From the NCBI GenBank assembly GCA_951406725.2, contig OX597828.1:20894001-20958000 (forward strand): a stretch of DNA of 64,000 nucleotides, in the 5' to 3' direction. A program made the position numbers and the translations under genes. The stretch comes from Octopus vulgaris. Taxonomy: Eukaryota. The notes under the pieces were generated by a model. It was not told the origin of the DNA and ran no database searches. It worked only from the letters and a program-made list of their open reading frames with translations. This document shows, one piece after another, positions 13,905-27,704 of the stretch (within the stretch, counting starts at the first letter, position 1; every line of letters begins with the position of its first letter).

Positions 13905-14310
13905 TCATCATCACCACTTAATGTCTGTTGTCCATGCTGGCATGGGTTGAACAGTGTGACCAGAGCTGGTAACTGGGTGGGGGATGACTGCACCAGACTC
14001 CAGTCTGATTTGACATGGTTTCTACGGCTTGACGCCTTTCCTAACGCCAACTTTACAGAGTGTGCCGGGTGCTTTTACATGGCACTGCACGGGTGCTCTT
14101 ACGTGGCACGCCACATGGCTGCTTTTATGTGATGCTGCACGGACACTTTTGTGTAACACTGCACAGGAGCTTCCATGTGGCACTTTTACGTGGAATCGCA
14201 CAGGCATGTTTATGTGGCACTGCCATGAGTGTCTTACATAAACAAAAGGATTGGTCTTAACACTTCTGCTGCTGGGTAGGGGGTCTTCTTGAGTACGGCC
14301 AGGTGCCAGA
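13905..14310 (-). mobile_element. SINE family D with internal ~24-bp repeat expansion
   Basis: ttttac.tggcactgcac units at 14070-14230. Confidence 0.8.
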
Positions 14311-14460
14311 CACACACACACATGAAGTCAAATTTGCCTTTCATCTTTTCGGGGTCAATAGCATAAGTACCAGTTACGTACAGGAGTCAATATAATTGAC
14401 TACATACCACCTCAAAAATTTCAGGCCTTGTGCCTTTAGTAGAAAATACTATTATTATTA

Positions 14461-14491
<31 letters not shown>

Positions 14492-15551
14492 AAACGTGGT
14501 ATTTCGTCTGCCACTACGTTCTGAGTTCAAATACCGCCAAGGTCGACTTTGCTTTTCATCCTTTCAGGGTCAACGAAATAAATACCCGTTATGCATTGGG
14601 GTTCAATCTACTGGGCTGCCCCCCACTAAAAATTTCAGGACTTGTGCTTTTTGTAGATATTATTATTATTATTATTATTAATATAACAGGGGAAAGTAGG
14701 AAGAATGGTAGAATCGGTAAAGCGATAGACAAAATGTCTTGTGACATACTAGAACTCATTATTTCTCTTATGGCAATTACACAAAATAAGATTTGGGTGT
14801 GAATTGCAGAGCATAGAGGATGAGGACTAAGATGTGGTTGAAGAGAATGAACAACAGTTGGGTGGGGGGGGGAGGAATGAAGGTTTCTATGAAAAAAAAA
14901 ACAAAAAAGAATAAAGAACAAATGAGAATTAGAAGTGAAGTAAAAACAAAAAAAAACAAAAAAGGAAGAGGAAGGAAAGACAAAAAAGAAACAAAGGCAG
15001 AGAAGAAAGGAAAGAGATACTGACAGGTAGGAAGGTAGGCAGGTAGGTAGGTGTGTATATACGCCGATGTACACATCAACCTAAATAGATTTGCAGATGT
15101 AAACAGAAGCATATCTGATATATATGTATACATACAAACACACACACACCTGTATATATATATATATATATATATATGTACGCACACAGCAGGTATGAGG
15201 ATGTATTACGTATACATGGATTCTTGATGCGCATTTATAAATTTCATGTGCATATACATATATATATATTACACACACAGGTACTTGTATTTGGTACGAA
15301 TATGAGTATTTACATACATATATATATAAACCGATATAAACAACAGACTGCAATGTTTTACCAAAAAGGAAAACTATAATTGTCCCTCAATGTGACCAGG
15401 GTGTTAGAAACACCTACATTGCTAGAAATAAGAGCTAAAATGCTCTAATGCTGCAGTCAATGCACATAACTGTATACATATACACTGACAGGGATTATAA
15501 TTGCCCAAAAAACATTGACTGAGAATTCCCTGCATACATATATATATGTGG

Positions 15552-15629
<78 letters not shown>

Positions 15630-15632
15630 GTG

Positions 15633-15667
<35 letters not shown>

Positions 15668-15685
15668 ATGTGACCGCGTGTGTAC

Positions 15686-15874
15686 CGTTGGCGATTTTTT
15701 CCCCCCTGTCTTCCCTTCTCGGGATCTTTTTTTTTCCTATGTTTCTGACGAAGAGCTTCGCTCGAAACATAAAATCCTCCTTCTACCCTTCCTTCCTGAG
15801 CGTCCAATAATACTATATTTGTTCCACGTCCTTGCGTTGTTGTGTTTTCTCTTGGTGTTTTCATGTTTGGATTA

Positions 15875-15929
<55 letters not shown>

Positions 15930-16143
15930 GTATATATTTATCATTAATCCCCAAAAAAGAGAGAAAAAGCACAAGTAAAAAAAACAAAACTACACAAGGA
16001 CATGGTACATGCAAAGTATCAATAAGACACTCAGAGAAGGGAAGAAAGAGGGTTTTACATTTTGAGCAAAGCTCTTCTTCAGAAACAGGAGACAGAGGAA
16101 AGTCCAAAAGAAAAGGAAGACGAAGGGAAAAAAATCACTAACA
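15686..16143. mobile_element. Inverted pair of HHR-bearing Penelope-like short elements around a (TA)n tract
   Basis: Left arm ~15686-15878 and right arm ~15940-16143 are diverged reverse complements; each carries an HHR core. Confidence 0.7.
15741..15775 (+). ncRNA. Minimal hammerhead motif
   Basis: GUUU CUGACGA A GAGC UUC GCUC GAAA CA UA AAAU; partner copy 16052-16086 (-) reads GUUU CUGAAGA A GAGC UUU GCUC aAAA UG UA AAAC, giving consensus GAAACGUA. Confidence 0.65.
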
Positions 16144-16144
16144 T

Positions 16145-16521
16145 GCAGCCATGCTGGAGCAATGCTCTACATGGTTTTAGTCAAAAAAAATCAACCCCAG
16201 GTCTTTTATTCTTTGTAAACCTAGCACTTATTCTATTGGTCTCTTCTGACGACCCACTAAGTTACAGGGACATAATCACACCAGCATTGGCTGTCAAGTG
16301 AGGGGGAGAAAGACAAACACACACACACACATAGGTATATACACAGACACACACACATATATACGACAGGCTTCTTTCGGTTTCCACTTGCCGAATCCAC
16401 TCACAAGGCTTTGGTTCGCCCGAGGCTATAGTAGAAGACACTTGCCCAAGGTGCCACTCAGTGGGACTGAACCCGGAACCATGTGGTTGGGAAGTAAGCT
16501 TCTTACCACACAGCCATGCCT
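16145..16521 (-). mobile_element. SINE family A
   Basis: Matches the other family A copies. Confidence 0.9.
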
Positions 16522-16936
16522 GCACACAGACACACACACACACATATATACAAACACAGAGAAAGAGTTAGTAGGAGACAGAAAAAGACAGACAGACACA
16601 GAACTAAGAATACCTCAGCAGTTACACAAGGAACTATAGTCTCATACCATCAAACTTCTATTACATATGCTTCAATAACAAACCAGATTAAAATACCCAA
16701 AACAGCAGTAATAGAGCTGGTTCTATTACTACTGTTAGAGCACTTCAGTCTGGATTTCATATCAGCATACGCAACAGAGGTTTGAAAAGTGCTTCAGTAT
16801 GAAACTCTAGCTTCTTGAGTAACTCCAAAGGATTATCAGCAAATGAAAATAATATAACATATACTGCCTGCCTGCTTTACATGTGGAATGATCTTTCTCC
16901 ATTCTGTTACAGCAAATATCATATTATATACATAAG

Positions 16937-16972
<36 letters not shown>

Positions 16973-17006
<34 letters not shown>

Positions 17007-17330
17007 TTAGCATCCGCTTTCCATGCTAGCATGGGTTGGACGGCTCAACTGGGGTCTGGGAAGCCAGAAGGCTGCACCAGGCCCAGTCTGATCTGGCAAT
17101 GTTTCTACAGCTGGATGCCCTTCCTAACGCCAACCACTCTGTGAGTGTAGTGGGTGCTTTTTACGTGCCAGACAAGGTTGGCAAACGGCCACGATCGGAT
17201 GGTGCTTCTTACATGCCACCGGCACGGGGGCCAGGCGAGGTTGGCAACAGCCACGTTCGGATGGTTTGCTTACGTGCCACCGGCACTGGTATCACAGCTA
17301 CAATTTCCATTGATGTTGATCGATTTTGAT
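16973..17330 (-). mobile_element. SINE family D
   Basis: (CAT)n followed by ttccatgctagcatgggttggacgg; close to 18478-18680 and 62080-62450. Confidence 0.9.
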
Positions 17331-17531
17331 TTTGATTCTTATATATATATTTTGATTTTTATATATATATATATATATAACCAGCCAATATATATTTAAG
17401 TCCAGCAAAATTTAGATTCAAATGAATATGGTACTTAAGTCAGAGGCACCAGAATTTTGCATGGTATTATCCATATAAATCCATGGGGGTAATTATAATC
17501 AAAATAAGCAACAAGTATATCTTCGGTAATT

Positions 17532-17615
17532 TGGTACGATCGTTTCATGCTACCTCATTTTATTAAACATTGTAAGTATTACATCAGTTTTAAAATGTTG
17601 AGCAATCTTCAGCCA
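17532..17615 (-). ncRNA. Type I hammerhead motif with enlarged loop II in a Penelope-like element (from ~17398)
   Basis: Minus strand: UGG CUGAAGA U UGCU-long loop-AGCA U GAAA CGAUCG UA CCA; palindromic stem III ACGAUCGU; homolog at 39129-39205. Confidence 0.65.
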
Positions 17616-19420
17616 TTTATAGAAGTCTTCCATCAAACAGACAATACATATATTTATTTTCATTTCGTTTGCCAACATTATAAAGAGGGTAAATATACAG
17701 ACAGAGAAGTTGATTTGATTGTTAAGAACATGATAATATTAAAGTTTATCTTCTGACTATAGTCAAAAGATAAACTTTAATACATTCAATGCTTTCTTCC
17801 AAGGAATCTAATGGTCTTAGCTTAGTTTTTCCTTGGGGCTGGCCAGATTGGGGGAATCTCAAGATTAATCAGCCGAAACTGTGAGGATGATCCGGTTCTT
17901 AACTGAGGGGAGAAAGCTTCGAATGACCTGGCCTTGTTTTTTTTGTATCGTCTATCTGGATGATTTGTTGTCCCTGTTTGTATCACCTAGTTGTCCGGAT
18001 GTTTTGCGTTCTTGTCCCATTTTGTATTTTATATATATATATATATATACATACACACACACACATATTCACACATACACATGTGGACACAAACACATAC
18101 ACACACACACATATTCACACATTCAATTTGTAGTTAAAAAAAATTAATTAAAAAATCTGTATGTCAAATTGAATAGATCCCACACGTACAATATAACTAT
18201 ATTTATTTACATTAAATATAAGAATAAAACCTATGTAAGAATTTATCAAGTAGCCAGCGCGAAAAAACCAGTTCAAGTAAAAACTAATACAAAATATATA
18301 ATTATTCCCTTTAAATATAAATACATTCGTTATATTAAGGGCTATTACTACATGGAGAGGCGACTTCCAAGTTACATTTCCCGGGTTTCAGTTCCATGTG
18401 TATTTATTAATGTAGTTTTGACTTAAAGAATCCCTTACAGCGTGAGGCATTTACGTGTAGTGATAGGCCATAATATATCATCATCATCATCATCATCGTT
18501 TAACGTCTGCTTTCCATGCTAGCATGGGTTGGACAGTTCAACTGGGGTCTGGGAAGCCCGAAGGCTGCACCAGGCCAGTCATATCTGGCGGTGTTTCTAC
18601 AGCTGGATGCCCTTCCTAACGCCAACCACTCCGTGAGTGTAGTAGGTGCTTTTTATGTGCCACCGACACAGGTGCCAGACAAATGAAGATATATATATAT
18701 ATATATATATGCACATTTATACTCACTCAAAGAGAGAGGTGGGGACATATATCTGGGACCTCACTGTTGACCTTATGTGCAAGAAGGGAACACCCTGGGG
18801 TACGTGGAGAGGGGTAGATGTACAGGCGATGAGTACAGCAGAATAAACTGGCAGCTCACTCTCTACTCTGAATTATTTTAAAAAGTGTTCAAAACAAAAA
18901 CAGAAAAGAAACAAAACTAATAAAATGATGTGAAGGTCACAGCTGGATAGCCTTCGATCTGGCGGTGGTGGTGGTGGTGGGGAGTGGTCCGAAGCAACAA
19001 TAGTAACATCATCATCATCATCATCAACACCACCACCATTACCAGTACTATGAACTAAATTGCTAGTTGCAACAGCAATATCATCACAACTGCCTTGAAT
19101 ATAATACCACTACCACCACCACCACCACCACCACCACCACCAACGACACCACCACTACCAACAACAACATTATGAAATAGTATTAACTTCACCACCACTG
19201 CGACATTGCATCAACACAACCATCACCACCACCACCATCGCTACAATAACACGTGACATCCTCACCCCCACCCCACCACATGATGGTATCAACAATATCA
19301 GTGACACACTTCCACACGCCAGCAGCAATCAGAACAACAGCAACAGTATCAGTAAGACACACAGACACACATGCAAATACACACACACACAAGCATATAT
19401 ACATACCATTTGAAAGACAT

Positions 19421-19463
<43 letters not shown>

Positions 19464-19702
19464 ATAAGGGAAACACACACAACAGTATACACACACACAT
19501 ACCATCAACACTATACACACATTGTCAACACCACACACACCCATACACAGCCAACACAACACACCATCAATGTCACTATCACCAATCAATACATTAATAG
19601 ACTATACCGTCACTCAACCTGCTAAAAACAACAGCCAAACAACCTTCAAATCACATATACAACTGTCTTAAAATCGTAGTAGTAGTAGTAGTAGTAGTAG
19701 TA

Positions 19703-19739
<37 letters not shown>

Positions 19740-19740
<1 letters not shown>

Positions 19741-20872
19741 CCTTTTCTACTACAGACTCAAGGACTGAAGTTAAATATATGCCCCCCCCCCCATGTTTAA
19801 GTGCTGTTTCTATTCTATTGACCCTCAAAACCAAAGTCAATCATGATATGATTTGAACTCAGAAAGTAAAACTGGAAGAAATTAATGATAATAATAATAA
19901 TAATAATGGTTTTAAATTTTGCCACAATGGCACCAATTTTCGGGGAAGGGGATAAGTTGATTTTATCGACTCCAGTGTGTCACTGGTGCTTAATTTATCA
20001 AACCCCACCCCACACACACACCTGAAAGGATGAAAGGTAAAGTTGACCTCAGCAGAATTTGAACTCAGAAAATACCGACAGGTGAAATACTGCTAAGCAT
20101 TTTGTCGAGCATCTCCCTTAGTGGCTGACGATATATGCATCTGTGATCATGAGCAGAAGTAGTGGCGGAGTATCATAGCCATGTGTTGAGAAGAATTCTT
20201 TGGGGTTTGAATAATTCACCTTCAGAAACATGGGTGCTTTGTTCATCCTCCTTGAACAACCCTTATACAGGGACTTTTTGAGTGGGATGGGCTACTCAAC
20301 ATGAAGAAAATTTTAACTGGGCCCCACCTGTAAGGTCATGTGCTGTTTATCTTCATATAAGATCACCACGTCGCGCACATATGGTTGTGATGTAGGTGCC
20401 TGGTGTACCCTTATCAGACGGGTAGTCACCTTGATGGCATGCACTGCTCTCTCACTCAATAACAATAATAATAATAATAATAATAATAATAGCAATCTTT
20501 TCTACGAAAGGCACAAGGCCTGGATTTTGTGGGGGTGGGGGCCAGTCAATTATATTGAGCCCAATATGTAACTGGTACTTAATTTATCGACCTCAAAAGG
20601 ATGAAAGGTAACGTTGACCTCAACGGAATTTACTCCTTTCTACTAAAGGCACAAGGGCTGAAATTTGGGGGAGCGGGACAGTCGATCACATCGACCCCTC
20701 TGTACTTGACTCATACTTCCTTTATAGACACCGAAAAGATGAAAGGCAAAGTCAGCCACAGCAAAATTTGAACTCAGAATGTAAAGACAGATGCTAAGCA
20801 TTTTACCCATTGCAGTAACAAATCTGCCAGCACACCACCTTAATAATAATAGTAATAATAATAATAATAGTA

Positions 20873-20924
<52 letters not shown>

Positions 20925-21135
20925 TCTTCCTACTGATGACACAAGGCTTGAAATTTGTCGGGAGGGAACTAGCCGATTACATCGACCCCAGTTCAACTGG
21001 TACTTAATTTATCAACCCTGAAAAGATGCTAGGCAAAGTCAACCTTGGTGGAATTTGAACTAAGAATGTCGCGACAGACGAAATTCTGTTGAGTATTTTG
21101 TTCAGCATGCAAAAGATTCTGCAGATCACCACCTT
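19740..21135 (-). mobile_element. Cluster of about 5 co-oriented family E SINE copies separated by (AAT)n tracts
   Basis: Repeated gcacaaggc.tgaaattt...actggtacttaatttatcgacc..aaaggatgaaagg.aaagt.gacct..g.ggaatttgaactcag. Confidence 0.85.
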
Positions 21136-21159
21136 AACAACAACAACAACAACAATAAT

Positions 21160-21560
21160 AGGCACAGGAGTGGTTGTGTGGTACATAGCTTGCTTACCAA
21201 CCACATGGTTCCGGGTTCAGTGCAACTGCGTGGCATCTTAAGCATGTGTCTTCTACTATAGCCCCGGGCTGACCAAAGCCTTGTGAGTGGATTTGGTAGA
21301 TGGAAACTGAAAGAAGCCCGTCGTATATATGCATATATATGTGTGTATGTATGTGTGTATATGTTTGTCTCCCCCAACATTGCTTGACAACCGATGCTGG
21401 TGTGTTTACGCCCCTGTAACTTAGCGGTTTGGCAAAAGTGATCGATAGGATAAGTACTGGGCTTACAAAGAATAAGTCCCGGGGTTGATTTGCTCGACTA
21501 AAGGCGGTGCTCCAGCATGGCCACAGTCAAATGACTGAAACAAGTAAAAGAGTAAAAGAG
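21160..21560 (+). mobile_element. SINE family A, full length, (GTAAAAGA)n tail
   Basis: ggcacaggagtggttgtgtgg...ccgggttcagt...gaaacaagtaaaagagtaaaagag. Confidence 0.92.
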
Positions 21561-22214
21561 TAATAATAAAGAACATGTGCAGTAGATAATGTAATCCAAG
21601 ATAGACTATGTCTGACAACGAAAACCAAAAAAAAGAAGAAAAAAAAGAAACAAACAAATATATGATGATCAGGATTGAAACACCTTTGATCCTAGTCAGG
21701 TCTGCTTAATCAGATTTGAATCAAGGCTAAATAACAACAACATCATCTTCAGTGAGAGATACATACATACACACACATACGCTCCCTGCTCTGATTGCAA
21801 ACTATTTCTCCACCCCCACCACCCCATCCTGCTGCTGTGTGTTTTTTAGACTATTCAAGGCCTAAACCGTGTGACACCATTTCACAACATTACTCCAGTT
21901 CCTCTCTATCAACACATGTCATGGCGAATATCTAGTGAGACTGATTACTGTACAAGGCTTACAGACTCAACAAACACCATATAATGAAGTTTCCTAGACA
22001 CACACACACACACTTATGTAGAGGGAAAGGCATAGTGCCAAGGAGCATGTTCTCTGGCACTAAGCCTTTTATTATATATATATATATCTGTGTGTGTATA
22101 AAAATTTATTTGTATGTATGCATACACGTAATATGCACACATTTACATACATACATGGTGGTTGTCTATTCCTTATGCAGATTTTGACCACCTCCTGTAC
22201 CTACATCTTAGAAC

Positions 22215-22410
22215 CATCATGGCATCACATGTGGCTTTTTAAACCAGACAATATTTTTGAAAAGACACCTACATAGATTGCACATCTGATTTGGAACACC
22301 ATCAAGAGCTGCAGATAAGTTCTGATCTTTGTGGATCTTCAAACGTCTTTTGCGGCCTCCGTTAGATTTGCAAACCTTCTGGCATGCATTGCTTTGAAAG
22401 GTGTGCACAG
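22215..22410 (-). pseudogene. Degenerate tandem C2H2 zinc-finger relic, probably a LINE ORF C-terminus
   Basis: FQSNACQKVCKSNGGRKRRLKIH and MCNLCRCLFK/(frameshift)LSGLKSHM*CH. Confidence 0.55.
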
Positions 22411-22472
22411 AAATATAAGTAGAATAGTTGGTGGAGGTTCGTTTTACATACATATATACACACATGCATATA

Positions 22473-22825
22473 CAGGAGCGGTTGTGTGGTAAGTAGCTTG
22501 CTTACCAACTACATGGTTCTGGGTTCAGTCCCACTGCGTGACACCTTGGGCAAGTGTGTTCTACTATAGCTTCAGACCAACCAAAGCCTTGTGAGTGGAT
22601 TTGGTAGACAGAAATTGAAAGAAGTGTGTTTTATATATATATGTGTGTGTGTGTCTGCCCAACCATTGCTTGGTGTGTTTACATCCCCGTAACTTAGCGA
22701 TTCAGCAAAAGAGGCCGATAGAATAAGTACTAGGCTTACGAAGAATAAGCCCTGGGGTTGACTTGTTCAACTAAAGGGTGGTGCTCCAGCATGGCCGTAG
22801 TTAAATGACTGAAGCAAGTAAAAAA
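22473..22825 (+). mobile_element. SINE family A
   Basis: Matches the other family A copies. Confidence 0.88.
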
Positions 22826-22874
22826 ATAAAAGGATATACACATACTTGTATATGCATAAACATATACACACACA

Positions 22875-22919
<45 letters not shown>

Positions 22920-23782
22920 TCACACACACATGCATATATATATTTGCATATGTATGTGTCTATAACGCTCTACTTATCAGTTTCAAATTTTGGCACAAGG
23001 CCAGCAACTTCAGGGGGAGGGAGTAAGTCGATTACATCGACCCTCTCCCAGTACACAACTGGTACTAGTTTTGTTGACCCTGAAGGGATGAAAGACAAAG
23101 CTAACCTCTACATATATATTGATTCTTTTTGCCGAACTGCTGAGTTATGGGGATGTAAACACACCAACATCGGTTGTCAAGTGATGTTGGGGAGACAAAC
23201 ACAGACACACAAACATATACATATATATATCATCATCATCATCATCATCATATATATATATATATATATACAACAGGCTTCTTTTAGTTTTCATCTGCCA
23301 AATCCAATCACAAGGTTTTGGTTGGCATGAGGCTATAGTAGAAGACACCTGCCCAAAGTACCACAGTGGGACTGAACCTGGTACAATGTGCTTGGTAAGC
23401 AAGCTACTTACCATACAGACAGACGAACAGACAGGGACCTCTCTCCCTCTGTATGAAACTATATCTATCTAGCTCTATCACTCTCTCCATCTATGTAAAC
23501 AAAGACCATATACACACATACAGGGTGTATATACACTAACTGACGAAAAAAAATGCATGTGTACATGCAGGAGTGTGCACACACACACACACATGCACAC
23601 ATTCGTACATGCACACACCCATGTACATATATACACACATGCATGTACATATGCACAAATTTACACATGAATGACACACACACACATTTGCAAATACACA
23701 CACGTGGCACATGCATACATGCACACATTTACAAATACACACACATGTGGCACATGCATACACGCATATACACATACATACA

Positions 23783-23816
<34 letters not shown>

Positions 23817-23980
23817 CATACATATACACGAATGCAAATTCACACATTTGCACAGATATACACATGAATACATACACATGCATATACACACATGTGCATT
23901 ACAGGAAGTGTGATGCAAACCTTATCAAGATTATTTCCAACAGAGATGTAGGATAACATGGAGGGAAAATGACTTAGAGA

Positions 23981-24021
<41 letters not shown>

Positions 24022-24323
24022 TAATAACAACAACAACAACATCAATGACAGAAAGACCACTTCTTGGTGAAGTGGTGTGATGGAGAAGACAAGAACTCCA
24101 GTAAAAGCTTTGGGTTGTAGACAGAGATGAAAGAGAAAGCAAGGAGGGGAGTAAAGAAAAAGAGGGATAGATAAATGTATAGAGAGAGATGGGGAATAAA
24201 GAGGGAGAGAGAGATAGTTAGATAGAGAGAGAGAATAAAGAAGTAAAAGAGAGAGACAGATAAACAGAGAGAGGAGGGATAAAAAACAGAGACAAATAAA
24301 TAGAGAGGGAGGAATTAAGAAAG

Positions 24324-24362
<39 letters not shown>

Positions 24363-25941
24363 GAGAGGGGAAAAAGAAAAAGAGAAATATATATAGATAG
24401 AGAGAGAGGTGGGGAGATGTTAGTAAATGTTTCCTATTACAATACTAGCCCTAAATCAGGTGACTGAGTTCTAACTAGGTGCAGCTATTTCCACCACATC
24501 ACATCCTTTCTCTCTACCCCTCAGCATGTCCTTGCCCCGCCCATGTAGGGTTTCATTATTTTGGAGGATTTCTTTTTTGATTTTTCTTCTTGTAACCTAG
24601 TCCCGTTGCCCTAGTTCTCAGCCGATAAAAGATTACACACACACATATGCTTACTTGGAAATGGATGCATGGCATTCAATTAAATAATATATATATATAT
24701 ATGTGTGCATATATGGGTACAGGACATCACCAACAGTAAACAACATGAAATACGAAAACAAATGAGTTAAATATGCAAATAACGAGAAGAGAAAAATGGA
24801 AAACAGGACAAGTAACATAAAGAATGACCCTTCATCAGTTGCCGACTGTCCGTCTACTCCCCATTTCGAGAAATCAACGACAATATGAGTCTTCGAAGAC
24901 AGTTGTTCCCATAAATACCAAAATAAAATTTTGGATTTATGGAAGGTCAAAGATGAGAACAAAAACAGGACAGTGGAGACATACAAGGAAACCGAATGAA
25001 AACAAACATGGAGGGTCATTAGACCTGAACGAGGGGAAAATAGTGAATTCTGAGAGAAATATTTTCTTTGAAAAGAGAAGAGATAGAAGAGAGAGACAGG
25101 AGATGTCCAGTCCTTAGAATGTCCATGCAGGAAAGAAAGATGGACGATGGAAAAGGCATGGCTATGTGGTAAGAAGCTTGCTTCCCAACCACATTCTGCT
25201 GGGTTCAGTCCCACTGTGTGGCACCTCGGGTAAGTGTCTTATAATATAGTCTGTCTCAGGCCTATAAAGGCCTTATGAGTGGATTTGGTAGATGGAAACT
25301 GAAAGAAACCCATTGTATAAATATGTGTGTGTGTGTGTGTTTGTGTCTGTTTGCCCGCCCCCCTCCACTTCTTGACAACCGGTGTTTGTGTGTTTAAGTC
25401 CCCATAACTTGGTTCAGCAAAAGTCAACGACAGAATAAGTACCAGGCTTAAGACGAAAGACCTTTCAAGGCAGTGCCCCAGCATGGCCAATAACGAACAA
25501 AAGAACTCTTCAATCATATAGTGTTAGATCAAATGGACGAGGGGTTCTGATATTGAAAGGACCCAAAACCTCACTGAGGCTCAAGAAATATCACTGACAC
25601 TGTATCCCAAAGGACCTGCAAGATGTTCCTTAAAACTCATTGCAAATTCCTCATCATCATGTTTCCATATAAACCTTTCCACACTTCTACGGCTGTAAAA
25701 AGCATCAAGACACAACTCACTTAACTTTCTTTTTATATTGGCCCCACTTAGCTTTATTTTCGCATATGCCCATATACGCATTATATTATATTTTAACATA
25801 GAAAAAACAGCCCACCCATCCCGTATTCACACATACACACCCACTGCCACATTTTTCCATAAACACTGACAATGTTTATATAAGCAAAAATTCAACAAAT
25901 TATGACACATAACACTATCTAAAAGCTACCGACTGCTCAAT

Positions 25942-26343
25942 GGCCAACAAATTATCAACCATCGCACAAACAATAACTCTGAGCACCTCTTCAAACTCCA
26001 CCCATCTAACATCCGTGGACATATTTACAAAGTAAGAAAACAGCACAGCTCCCATGACTTCAGGAAACATTTTTTCACACTGGGAGTTGCTGAAGCATGG
26101 AACAAACTGCCGGCATCGGTTGTTAGTTGTCGGAGCACTGCATCCTTCAAAACTTCCATGCTTCCTGAGATTCACCAACACTACACTTGATTTTCTCCCC
26201 TCCATACACACACAAGCATGTATCTGACTCATACATTGTTCGCTTTCCAGATATTTCTACATTACTGCATGTACTTTATATGCACTTTCTGACAAGTTGT
26301 GGTGCACCTGAGCACTGTATACAATAATTTCATTATTATTATT
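25942..26343 (+). mobile_element. CR1-clade LINE 3' end
   Basis: RGHIYKVRKQHSSHDFRKHFFTLGVAEAWNKLPASVVSCRSTASFK matches the CR1 C-terminal motif RGH..K....RKxFFSxRVxxxWNxLP; (ATT)n tail. Confidence 0.85.
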
Positions 26344-26480
26344 TTTAAATACATTGAATTTAGAAAGTTTTAAGGAAAAGTTAGAGGCCCATAAAGAATA
26401 CCTGTGAGACTCACCTGTTACTGAACACCAGTCTATCGTAATGGTGATGAAACTTCATAGCCCAAAATAGCAAAATTTAA

Positions 26481-27318
26481 CCCCTTAATGGATCAATTAT
26501 TTTGACATGGCGCTTCATTTTAGAGCATATTTTTTATTTCCTTTTTTAATTATATACACTGTGTTAATTACAAAAAACAAGTTTTTTATCTTGTTTCCTT
26601 TATTTTTTGTTATAGAAATCAAAATGTAGTTTTACTCATTTGGATTTAAGCGAGTTAAATCGGACATTGAAAAAATACATATAACTTAACTATCTTCGAT
26701 TTTTTATAAGATGTATTGCTTTTAAATCAAAGGAAAATTTTGAAAAAATGAGATAGTCAGTTTATTTAGAATGATAATTTTTAAAACAAGGAGTTACACA
26801 CAAAGTTATCTTGCGGACATCACACATTTATCCGCTTTCTCTTCGAATCTTCTTTCCTTTAGTGTCTCTCTTCTCTGCGCATTTTGTACACTGACTTGTA
26901 GGGTTCTTTTTCTTATCACTTGGTGATAAGTGACCAGCTGGGGCAAATCTTGTTGGATGTGGGATTGATGATGCTCTTCCTGGTTTTGTAGGAGGCAATA
27001 AGGGCCCATATTTTTCAATAATCTTGGTGATTATTTGCATTCTAAATTTCAGCGGTTTCATAGCAGAAGCTGAAGTTTTCCAAAGATGCTTTATACAAAA
27101 CATAAGCATTCCAGATAGCCAAATCCATCAAATGAAAAAATACTTATTTTTTTTTAAACAACACGAGTAAATTCATGATTGCTCAAAAATGAAACGACAC
27201 AAAACAAACTCGTTTGAGTGCTAAAATTAAAAGTTAATTTTGACCGAGTATACTCGTCTGGTTCTAAAAAGATACATTTGCCATGCACAAGTAAACTCGG
27301 GATAATCCAATTAAGGGG
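26481..27318 (-). mobile_element. Internally deleted piggyBac transposon
   Basis: TTAA-CCCCTTAATGGAT ... ATCCAATTAAGGGG-TTAA; minus-strand remnants KYFFHLMDLAIWNAYVLYK, LKFRMQIITKII, NPTSQCTKC...KIRRES, LCVTPCFKNYH (piggyBac C-terminal Cys-rich domain). Confidence 0.9.
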
Positions 27319-27649
27319 TTAAATTTCTTCAATAACCCTGTTTATAGGATTGTCCTACCAACCTATGTACATATTCTTTTATTCTTTTACTTGTTTCAGC
27401 CATTTGACTGCGGCCATACTGGAGTACCAACTTGAAGGGGTATAGCCGAAGAAACCGACCCCCCAGGACTTATTCACTGTAACCTTAGTACTTATTCAGT
27501 TGTTCTGTTTTGCTGAACCGCTAGGGACATAAACACACCAGCATCAGTTGTCAAACAACAGTTGGTTAGACAGACACAGATACACACACATAAATACATA
27601 CATACATACACACACAAATACATACATACATGCATACACACACGCACAA

Positions 27650-27704
<55 letters not shown>

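Noticed and set aside
24825-24875. GAAA...CUGAUGA in permuted order on the minus strand
   Set aside because: No stem III pairing; cannot be supported as an HHR.
25580-25700. Apparent exon after a tttttacag acceptor on the minus strand
   Set aside because: An alternative frame EVWK...RNLQ*VLRNILQVLWDTVS resembles a decayed RTE RT C-terminal motif; no good donor site.
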